Shown here: positions 1 to 11,197 of the stretch, one piece after another | How the letters are laid out: every line of letters begins with the position of its first letter | Position numbering within the stretch: position 1 is the stretch's first letter | Assembly: GCF_009914755.1 (NCBI RefSeq) | Contig: NC_060948.1 | Origin: the human T2T-CHM13v2.0 reference genome, Homo sapiens | Length of the DNA stretch: 64,000 nucleotides | Direction: 5' to 3' (one strand) | Translations under genes and position numbers: made by a program | The notes under the pieces: model-generated | Seen by the model: the letters and a program-made list of their open reading frames with translations, nothing else | What the model was told of the DNA's origin: nothing | Database searches by the model: none

Positions 1-140
1 GAGTGGAATGCAATGGACAGGAATAGATTGGAAACGGAATGCAAAGGAATGGAATGGAATAGTATGGAATGGAATGGAAAGGAATGGAGTGGAATAGACT
101 AGAGTGGAATGCAATGGACTGGAAAGCAATGGACTGGAAT

Positions 141-155
141 GGAACTTTCTTGAAT
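141..155. promoter_or_regulatory. Perfect three-unit heat-shock element motif A (gGAActTTCttGAAt), repeated once per unit
   Basis: Exact match to the HSF consensus nGAAnnTTCnnGAAn. HSF1 binding to satellite III is established, but occupancy of this specific site is inference. Confidence 0.55.
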
Positions 156-1590
156 GGACTGGAATCAAACGGAATGGAATGCAATGCAATCAAATGGCAT
201 GGAATAAAATAGAATGAAAGAGAATCAAATGGAATTGAATCGAATGGAATCGAATGGATTGGAAAGGAATAGAATGGAATGGAATGGAATTGACTCAAAT
301 GGAATGGACTAGAATGGAATGGATTCGAATGGAAGGCAAAGGCATGGAATCTATTGGAATGGACTGTAATGGAATGGAATGGAAGGGATTGGAATGGACT
401 CGAATGGAATGGACTGCAATAGAAAGGATTCGAATGGAATGAAAAAGAATTGAATGGAATAGAACAGAATGGAATCAAATCGAATGAAATGGAATGGAAT
501 AGAAAGGAATGGAATGAAATGGAATGGAAAGGATTCGAATGGAATGCAATCGAATGGAATGGAATCGAACGGAATGGAATAAAATGGAAGAAAACTGGCA
601 AGAAATGGAATCGAAATGAATGGAGTGTTTTGGAACGGACTCAAAAAGAATTGAATGTAATAGAATGGAGTGGAGTGGACTCGAATATAATGGACTGGAA
701 TGGAATGAAATCACATGGAATGGGAACGAATGGAATGGAATGGAAAGGAATGGAATCGAATGGAAAGGAATCGAATGGAAGGGAATGAAATTGAATCAAC
801 AGGAATGGAAGGGAATAGAATAGACGGTAATGGAATGGACTCGAATAGAATGGACACGAATGCTCAAATTGAATGGACTCGAATGGAATGGAAACGAAAG
901 GAATGTCATCGAATGGAATTGAATCGATCGGAATGAAATCGCATAGAATGGAGTGGAATCAAATGGAATTGAATCGAAAGGAAAGGAAGCGAATGGACTG
1001 AAATGAAATGGAATGGAATTGAATGGAAAGTAATGAAATGGAATAGAATGGAACGAAATTTCACGGAATGGAATCAAACTGAATGGAATCAAATCAATGG
1101 AATCTAATCAAATGGAATGGAAAGGAATTGAATGGAGTAGATTGGATTGGATGGGATTGGAATGAAATGTACTGGAAAGGACTCGAATTTCATGAAACGG
1201 AATGGAATGAATTGGAACGGAATGGACTCGAATGGAATGGAATGTCATGGAATGGCATCAAATGGAATGGCACCAAATGGAATGGAATCGAATGCAATGG
1301 AATGCTATGGAATGGAATGGAATGCATTGGAATGGAATGTCCTCTAATGGAATGGATTCGAGTGGAATGGAATCGAATATAATGGAGTCGAATGAAATGG
1401 AATTGAAAGGAATGGGATCGAATACAATGGAATATACTGGAATGTAATGTAATGAACTCGAATGTAATTGACTGGAATGGAATGTACATGAATGGAATGT
1501 AATCGAATGGAAAGTAATCCAATGGAATAGAATCTAATGCAATAAAACCGACTCAGATAGAGTAGAATGTAATGGAATGGAGTGCAGTGC

Positions 1591-1670
1591 AATGGAATGG
1601 AATGGAATTGAATGCAATGGAATGGAATGGAATGGAATGGAATGGAATGGGATGGAATGGTATGGAATGG
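1591..1670 (+). repeat. Length-variable near-pure (GGAAT)n tract within each full unit
   Basis: The distance between the flanking landmarks agtgcagtgc and atagtaat varies from 80 to 120 bp between units, in 5 bp steps. Confidence 0.85.
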
Positions 1671-2388
1671 ATAGTAATGGACTGGAGTGAAATGGACTGG
1701 AAAGGAATGGACTCAAATTGAAAGGGCTCGAAAGGAATGGAGTCAAATGGAATGGTCTGGAATGGAATGAACACGAATGTAATGCAATCCAATAGAACGG
1801 AATCGAATGGCATGGAATATAAAGAAATGGATTCGAAGAGAATGGAAACAAATGGAATGGAATTGAATGGAATGGAATTGAATGGAATGGGAACGAATGG
1901 AGTGAAATTGTATGCAGTAGAAGGGAATAGAATGGAATGCAAGCGAAAGGAAAGGAATGGATTGGAATGGAATGGAATTCATTGGAATGGAAGGGAATGT
2001 AGTGTATTGGACAGGCCTGGAATAAAGTGGAATGCTACGGTCTCGAATGGAATAAAAATGTATGGAATGGAATGCAATGAAACGGAATCGAATGTCATAG
2101 AATGTAATGGAATGCAACAAAATGGAATCCAAAATCATTGACTGGAAAGGCTGGGTGTCGAAAGGAATTGACTCCAATGGAATGGACTCGAATGGAATGG
2201 AAGTGAATAGAATCGAACTAAATCGAATGGAATGGAATTGATAGGAACGGAATGGAAAGGAATGCAATGATTTGGCATGGAATGGAATCGAATGGCATCG
2301 AATGGAATGGAATGGAATGTAATGGAATGGAATGTATTAGAATGTAATGAGCTTTAATGGAATGTACTCGAATGGATTCGACTGGAAT

Positions 2389-2403
2389 GGAATGTTCTGG
2401 AAG
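2389..2403. promoter_or_regulatory. Perfect three-unit heat-shock element motif B (gGAAtgTTCtgGAAg), repeated once per unit
   Basis: Exact match to nGAAnnTTCnnGAAn. It is disrupted (TTC>TTG) only in the duplicated units at ~54971 and ~58530. Confidence 0.55.
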
Positions 2404-2663
2404 TGAATGGACTCCAATGGAATGGATTCAAAAGGAATGGAATCGTACGGAATGGAATCTAATGGAATGGAATTAAATGGAAATGAATCAAATTGAATAG
2501 CACGGAATTGAATTGAATGGAATGGAATGCAATGGAATCTAATGAAACGGAAAGGAAAGGAATGGAATGGAATGGGCTGGAATGGAAAGGAATCGAAACG
2601 AATGGAATGGAATCGAACTGAAGAGACTGGAATGGAATGCACTGGAATGGAAGGGAGTGTAAT

Positions 2664-2678
2664 GGAAGGTTCTCGAAA
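2664..2678. promoter_or_regulatory. Perfect three-unit heat-shock element motif C (gGAAggTTCtcGAAa), repeated once per unit
   Basis: Exact match to nGAAnnTTCnnGAAn. The variant at ~6223 (tGAAgtTTCtcGAAa) changes only n positions. Confidence 0.55.
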
Positions 2679-3370
2679 AAAATGGAATCGAATGGAATGG
2701 AATTGAATGGAACGGAATAGAGTCGAATGGAATTGAATGGAATGGAATGGACTAGAGTGAAATGGAATCGAACCACAAGGAATGGACAGGAATAGAATGG
2801 TCTCGAATTGAATGGAATCGTATGGAATGGCATCAAACGGAATGGAATGGACAGCCACGGAATGGAATGCACTCGAATGCAATGGAGTCGAAACTAATGG
2901 AATGGAATAGAATGGACTCGACTGGTACGGACTCCAATGGAATGGAATCGAATGGAAGGGAATCGAACGGAATGGACTCGAAGGGAAAAGACTGCAATGG
3001 AAAGGTCTCGAATGGAATGGAAATTAATGGAATGGAATGGAATCGAATGAAATGGAGTCAAAAGGAATGGAATCGAATGGCAAGAAATCGAATGTAATGG
3101 AATCGCAAGGAATTGATGTGAACGGAACGGAATGGAATGGAATCCAAAGGAATGGAATAGAATGGAATGGAATCGAATGGAAAGGACTCGAATGGAAATC
3201 ACTCGAATAGAATGCAATTTAATAAAATAGGATCAAATGTAATGGAATGGAATGGAAAGGAATCGAAACGAAAGGAATGTAGACAGATGGAATGGAATAG
3301 AACAGAGAGCAATGGTATAGAATGGAATGGAATCATCTGGAATGGAATTGAATGGAATGGAATAATATGA

Positions 3371-3400
3371 AATGGAATGGAATGGAATGGAATGGAATGC
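3371..3400 (+). repeat. Second length-variable pure (AATGG)n tract, between aataatatga and aatgcccttga
   Basis: Five copies in most units, 7 at ~12560 and ~23850, 6 at ~52396 and ~55950, and 3 at ~59510. Confidence 0.85.
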
Positions 3401-6400
3401 CCTTGAATTAAATGGACTGGAATGGAATGGACTCGAACAGAGTGGAATGGAAAGTGTTGAGATAGAATGGAATGGACTCCTTTGGAATGGTGTAGTATGC
3501 AATGCAATCGACTGGCATGGAATCAAAAGGAATGTAATGGAATGGATTGGACTGGAATGCAATGGACTCGAATAGATTGCAAACGGAATGCAAAGGAATG
3601 GAATGGAATAGTATGGAATGGAATGGAAAGGAATGGAGTGGAATAGACTAGAGTGGAATGCAATGGACTGGAAAGCAATGGACTGGAATGGAACTTTCTT
3701 GAATGGACTGGAATCAAACGGAATGGAATGCAATGCAATCAAATGGCATGGAATAAAATAGAATGAAAGAGAATCAAATGGAATTGAATCGAATGGAATC
3801 GAATGGATTGGAAAGGAATAGAATGGAATGGAATGGAATTGACTCAAATGGAATGGACTAGAATGGAATGGATTCGAATGGAAGGCAAAGGAATGGAATC
3901 TATTGGAATGGACTGTAATGGAATGGAATGGAAGGGATTGGAATGGACTCGAATGGAATGGACTGCAATAGAAAGGATTCGAATGGAATGAAAAAGAATT
4001 GAATGGAATAGAACAGAATGGAATCAAATCGAATGAAATGGAATGGAATAGAAAGGAATGGAATGAAATGGAATGGAAAGGATTCGAATGGAATGCAATC
4101 GAATGGAATGGAATCGAACGGAATGGAATAAAATGGAAGAAAACTGGCAAGAAATGGAATCGAAATGAATGGAGTGTTATGGAACGGACTCAAAAGGAAT
4201 TGAATGTAATAGAATGGAGTGGAGTGGACTCGAATATAATGGACTGGAATGGAATGAAATCACATGGAATGGGAACGAATGGAATGGAATGGAAAGGAAT
4301 GGAATCGAATGGAAAGGAATCGAATGGAAGGGAATGAAATTGAATCAACAGGAATGGAAGGGAATAGAATAGACGGTAATGGAATGGACTCGAATAGAAT
4401 GGACACGAATGCTCAAATTGAATGGACTCGAATGGAATGGAAACGAAAGGAATGTCATCGAATGGAATTGAATCGATTGGAATGAAATCGCATAGAATGG
4501 AGTGGAATCAAATGGAATTGAATCGAAAGGAAAGGAAGCGAATGGACTGAAATGAAATGGAATGGAATTGAATGGAAAGTAATGCAATGGAATAGAATGG
4601 AACGAAATTTCACGGAATGGAATCAAACTGAATGGAATCAAATCAATGGAATCTAATCAAATGGAATGGAAAGGAATTGAATGGAGTAGATTGGATTGGA
4701 TGGGATTGGAATGAAATGTACTGGAAAGGACTCGAATTTCATGAAACGGCATGGAATGAATTGGAACGGAATGGACTCGAATGGAATGGAATGTCATGGA
4801 ATGGCATCAAATGGAATGGCATCAAATGGAATGGAATCGAATGCAATGGAATGCTATGGAATGGAATGGAATGCATTGGAATGGAATGTCCTCTAATGGA
4901 ATGGATTCGAGTGGAATGGAATCGAATATAATGGAGTCGAATGAAATGGAATTGAAAGGAATGGGATCGAATACAATGGAATATACTGGAATGTAATGTA
5001 ATGAACTCGAATGTAATTGACTGGAATGGAATGTACATGAATGGAATGTAATCGAATGGAAAGTAATCCAGTGGAATAGAATCTAATGCAATAAAATCGA
5101 CTCAGATAGAGTAGAATGTAATGGATTGGAGTGCAGTGCAATGGAATGGAATGGAATGGAATGCAATGGAATGGAATGGAATGGAATGGAATGGAATGGA
5201 ATGGGATGGAATGGTATGGAATGGATAGTAATGGACTGGAGTGAAATGGACTGGAAAGGAATGGACTCAAATTGAAAGGGCTCGAAAGGAATGGAGTCAA
5301 ATGGAATGGTCTGGAATGGAATGAACACGAATGTAATGCAATCCAATAGAATGTAATCGAATGGCATGGAATATAAAGAAATGGAATCGGAGAGAATGGA
5401 AACAAATGGAGTGGAATTGAATGGAATGGAATTGAATGGACTGGGAACGAATGGAGTGAAATTGTATGCAGTAGATGGGAATAGAATGGAATGCAAGCGA
5501 AAGGAAAGGAATGGATTGGAATGGAATGGAATTCATTGGAATGGAAGGGAATGTAGTGTAATGGACAGGCCTGGAATAAAGTGGAATGCTACGGTCTCGA
5601 ATGGAATAAAAATGTATGGAATGGAATGCAATGAAATGGAATCGAATGTCATAGAATGTAATGGAATGCAACAAAATGGAATCCAAAATCATTGACTGGA
5701 AAGGGTGGGTGTCGAAAGGAATTGACTCCAATGGAATGGAATCGAATGGAATGGAAGTGAATAGAATCGAACTAAATCGAATGGAATGGAATTGATAGGA
5801 ACGGAATGGAAAGGAATGCAATGATTTGGCATGGAATGGAATCGAATGGCATCGAACGGAATGGAATGGAATGCAATGGAATGGAATGTATTAGAATGTA
5901 ATGAACTTTAATGGAATGTACTCGAATGGATTCGACTGGAATGGAATGTTCTGGAAGTGAATGGACTCCAATGGAATGGATTCAAAAGGAATGGAATCGT
6001 ACGGAATGGAATCTAATGGAATGGAATTAAATGGAAATGAATCAAATTGAATAGCACGCAATTGAATTGAATGGAATGGAATGCAATGGAATCTAATGAA
6101 ACGGCAAGGAAAGGAATGGAATGGAATGGAATGGGCTGGAATGGAAAGGAATCGAAACGAATGGAATGGAATCGAACTGAAGAGACTGGAATGGAATGCA
6201 CTGGAATGGAAGGGAGTGTAATTGAAGTTTCTCGAAAAAAATGGAATCGAATGGAATGGAATTGAATGGAACGGAATAGAGTCGAATGGAATTGAATGGA
6301 ATGGAATGGACTAGAGTGAAATGGAATCGAACCACAAGGAATGGACAGGAATAGAATGGTCTCGAATTGAATGGAATCGTATGGAATGGCATCAAACGGA

Positions 6401-9136
6401 ATGGAATGGACAGCCACGGAATGGAATGCACTCGAATGCAATGGAGTCGACACTAATGGACTGGAATAGAATGGACTCGACTGGTACGGACTCCAATGGA
6501 ATGGAATCGAATGGAAGGGAATCGAACGGAATGGACTCGAAGGGAAAAGACTGCAATGGAAAGGTCTCGAATGGAATGGAAATTAATGGAATGGAATGGA
6601 ATCGAATGAAATGGAGTCAAAAGGAATGGAATCGAATGGCAAGAAATCGAATGTAATGGAATCGCAAGGAATTGATGTGAACGGAACGGAATGGAATGGA
6701 ATCCAAAGGAATGGAATAGAATGGAATGGAATCGAATGGAAAGGACTCGAATGGAAATCACTCGAATAGAATGCAATTTAATAAAATAGGATCAAATGTA
6801 ATGGAATGGAATGGAAAGGAATCGAAACGAAAGGAATGGAGACAGATGGAATGGAATGGAACAGAGAGCAATGGTATAGAATGGAATGGAATCATCTGGA
6901 ATGGAATTGAATGGAATGGAATAATATGAAATGGAATGGAATGGAATGGAATGGAATGCCCTTGAATTAAATGGACTGGAATGGAATGGACTCGAACAGA
7001 GTGGAATGGAAAGTGTTGAGATAGAATGGAATGGACTCCTTTGGAATGGTGTAGTATGCAATGCAATCGACTGGCAGGGAATCAAAAGGAATGTAATCGA
7101 ATGGATTGGACTGGAATGCAATGGACTCGAATAGATTGGAAACGGAATGCAAAGGAATGGAATGGAATAGTATGGAATGGAATGGAAAGGAATGGAGTGG
7201 AATAGACTAGAGTGGAATGGAATGGACTGGAAAGCAATGGACTGGAATGGAACTTTCTTGAATGGACTGGAATCAAACGGAATGGAATGCAATACAATCA
7301 AATGGCATGGAATAAAATAGAATGAAAGAGAATCAAATGGAATTGAATCGAATGGAATCGAATGGATTGGAAAGGAATAGAATGGAATGGAATGGAATTG
7401 ACTCAAATGGAATGGACTAGAATGGAATGGATTCGAATGGAAGGCAAAGGAATGGAATCTATTGGAATGGACTGTAATGGAATGGAATGGAAGGGATTGG
7501 AATGGACTCGAATGGAATGGACTGCAATAGAAAGGATTCGAATGGAATGAAAAAGAATTGAATGGAATAGAACAGAATGGAATCAAATCGAATGAAATGG
7601 AATGGAATAGAAAGGAATGGAATGAAATGGAATGGAAAGGATTCGAATGGAATGCAATCGAATGGAATGGAATCGAACGGAATGGAATAAAATGGAAGAA
7701 AACTGGCAAGAAATGGAATCGAAATGAATGGAGTGTTATGGAACGGACTCAAAAGGAATTGAATGTAATAGAATGGAGTGGAGTGGACTCGAATATAATG
7801 GACTGGAATGGAATGAAATCACATGGAATGGGAACGAATGGAATGGAATGGAAAGGAATGGAATCGAATGGAAAGGAATCGAATGGAAGGGAATGAAATT
7901 GAATCAACAGGAATGGAAGGGAATAGAATAGACGGTAATGGAATGGACTCGAATAGAATGGACACGAATGCTCAAATTGAATGGACTCGAATGGAATGGA
8001 AACGAAAGGAATGTCATCGAATGGAATTGAATCGATTGGAATGAAATCGCATAGAATGGAGTGGAATCAAATGGAATTGAATCGAAAGGAAAGGAAGCGA
8101 ATGGACTGAAATGAAATGGAATGGAATTGAATGGAAAGTAATGCAATGGAATAGAATGGAACGAAATTTCACGGAATGGAATCAAACTGAATGGAATCAA
8201 ATCAATGGAATCAAATCAAATGGAATGGAAAGGAATTGAATGGAGTAGATTGGATTGGATGGGATTGGAATGAAATGTACTGGAAAGGACTCGAATTTCA
8301 TGAAACGGAATGGAATGAATTGGAACGGAATGGACTCGAATGGAATGGAATGTCATGGAATGGCATCAAATGGAATGGCATCAAATGGAATGGAATCGAA
8401 TGCAATGGAATGCTATGGAATGGAATGGAATGCATTGGAATGGAATGTCCTCTAATGGAATGGATTCGAGTGGAATGGAATCGAATATAATGGAGTCGAA
8501 TGAAATGGAATTGAAAGGAATGGGATCGAATACAATGGAATATACTGGAATGTAATGTAATGAACTCGAATGTAATTGACTGGAATGGAATGTACATGAA
8601 TGGAATGTAATCGAATGGAAAGTAATCCAATGGAATAGAATCTAATGCAATAAAACCGACTCAGATAGAGTAGAATGTAATGGAATGGAGTGCAGTGCAA
8701 TGGAAGGGAATGGAATTGAATGCAATGGAATGGAATGGAATGGAATGGAATGGAATGGAATGGAATGGAATGGGATGGAATGGTATGGAATGGATAGTAA
8801 TGGACTGGAGTGAAATGGACTGGAAAGGAATGGACTCAAATTGAAAGGGCTCGAAAGGAATGGAGTCAAATGGAATGGTCTGGAATGGAATGAACACGAA
8901 AGTAATGCAATCCAATAGAATGGAATCGAATGGCATGGAATATAAAGAAATGGAATCGAAGAGAATGGAAACAAATGGAATGGAATTGAATGGAATGGAA
9001 TTGAATGGAATGGGAACGAATGGAGTGAAATTGTATGCAGTAGAAGGGAATAGAATGTAATGTAAGCGAAAGGAAAGGAATGGATTGGAATGGAATGGAA
9101 ATCATTGGAATGGAAGGGAATGTAGTGTAATGGACA

Positions 9137-11197
9137 GGCCTGGAATAAAGTGGAATGCTACGGTCTCGAATGGAATAAAAATGTATGGAATGGAATGCAA
9201 TGAAACGGAATCGAATGTCATAAAATGTAATGGAATGCAAAAAAATGGAATCCAAAATCATTGACTGGAAAGGCTGGGTGTCGAAAGGAATTGACTCCAA
9301 TGGAATGGAATCGAATGGAATGGAAGTGAATAGAATCGAACTAAATCGAATGGAATGGAATTGATAGGAACGGAATGGAAAGGAATGCAATGATTTGGCA
9401 TGGAATGGAATCGAATGGCATCGAATGGAATGGAATGGAATGCAATGGAATGGAATGTATTAGAATGTAATGAACTTTAATGGAATGTACTCGAATGGAT
9501 TCGACTGGAATGGAATGTTCTGGAAGTGAATGGGCTCCAATGGAATGGAATCAAAAGGAATGGAATCGTACGGAATGGAATCTAATGTAATGGAATTAAA
9601 TGGAAATGAATCAAATTGAATAGCACGGAATTGAATTGAATGGAATCGAATGCAATGGAATCTAATGAAACGGAAAGGAAAGGAATGGAATGGAATGGAA
9701 TGGGCTGGAATGGAAAGGAATCGAAACGAATGGAATGGAATCGAACTGAAGAGACTGGAATGGAATGCACTGGAATGGAAGGGAGTGTAATGGAAGGTTC
9801 TCGAAAGAAATGGAATCGAATGGAATGGAATTGAATGGAACGGAATAGAGTCGAATGGAATTGAATGGAATGGAATGGACTAGAGTGAAATGGAATCGAA
9901 CCACAAGGAATGGACAGGAATAGAATGGTCTCGAATTGAATGGAATCGTATGGAATGGCATCAAACGGAATGGAATGGACAGCCACGGAATGGAATGCAC
10001 TCGAATGCAATGGAGTCGAAACTAATGGACTGGAATAGAATGGACTCGACTGGTACGGACTCCAATGGAATGGAATCGAATGGAAGGGAATCGAACGGAA
10101 TGGACTCGAAGGGAAAAGACTGCAATGGAAAGGTCTCGAATGGAATGGAAATTAATGGAATGGAATGGAATCGAATGAAATGGAGTCAAAAGGAATGGAA
10201 TCGAATGGCAAGAAATCGAATGTAATGGAATCGCAAGGAATTGATGTGAACGGAACGGAATGGAATGGAATCCAAAGGAATGGAATAGAATGGAATGGAA
10301 TCGAATGGAAAGGACTAGAATGGAAATCACTCGAATAGAATGCAATTTAATAAAATAGGATCAAATGTAATGGAATGGAATGGAAAGGAATCGAAACGAA
10401 AGGAATGGAGACAGATGGAATGGAATGGAACAGAGAGCAATGGTATAGAATGGAATGGAATCATCTGGAATGGAATTGAATGGAATGGAATAATATGAAA
10501 TGGAATGGAATGGAATGGAATGGAATGCCCTTGAATTAAATGGACTGGAATGGAATGGACTCGAACAGAGTGGAATGGAAAGTGTTGAGATAGAATGGAA
10601 TGGACTCCTTTGGAATGGTCTAGTATGCAATGCAATCGACTGGCAGGGAATCAAAAGGAATGTAATGGAATGGATTGGACTGGAATGCAATGGACAGGAA
10701 TAGATTGGAAACGGAATGCAAAGGAATGGAATGGAATAGTATGGAATGGAATGGAAAGGAATGGAGTGGAATAGACTAGAGTGGAATGCAATGGACTGGA
10801 AAGCAATGGACTGGAATGGAACTTTCTTGAATGGACTGGAATCAAACGGAATGGAATGCAATGCAATCAAATGGCATGGAATAAAATAGAATGAAAGAGA
10901 ATCAAATGGAATTGAATCGAATGGAATCGAATGGATTGGAAAGGAATAGAATGGAATGGAATGGAATTCACTCAAATGGAATGGACTAGAATGGAATGGA
11001 TTCGAATGGAAGGCAAAGGAATGGAATCTATTGGAATGGACTGTAATGGAATGGAATGGAATTGAATGGAATGGGAACGAATGGAGTGAAATTGTATGCA
11101 GTAGAAGGGAATAGAATGGAATGCAAGCAAAAGGAAAGGAATGGATTGGAATGGAATGGAATTCATTGGAATGGAAGGGAATGTAGTGTAATGGACA
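9137..11197 (+). repeat. Deleted DYZ1 unit, 2061 bp (copy 1)
   Basis: GGCC spacing is 2061 bp. At ~11049-11061 'ctgtaatggaatggaatggaa' is joined directly to 'ttgaatggaatgggaacg', skipping ~1.5 kb. Confidence 0.92.

Larger units (their letters stand above)
2014..5567 (+). repeat. Representative full-length DYZ1 unit (3554 bp, HaeIII to HaeIII)
   Basis: Distance between consecutive GGCC landmarks. Internal landmarks (aggctgggtgtcg, cagccacgg, gcccttgaattaa, gtcctctaa, gagtgcagtgc) recur in the same order in every full unit. Confidence 0.92.

Noticed and set aside
1054-1068. Fourth HSE candidate cGAAatTTCacGGAa
   Set aside because: The third unit is GGA rather than GAA and the site lies next to a phase shift, so it was not counted as a perfect element.
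1099-1112. DUX4-like motif GAATCTAATCA
   Set aside because: It mismatches the TAA core of the DUX4 consensus and is polymorphic between units (tctaatc/tcaaatc/tccaatc), so support is insufficient.
3215-3232. AATAAA polyadenylation-like signals (also ~203, ~578, ~1541, ~2021, ~2051)
   Set aside because: They are easily generated from GGAAT variants (gAAT-AAAat), and no transcript structure is visible to support them.
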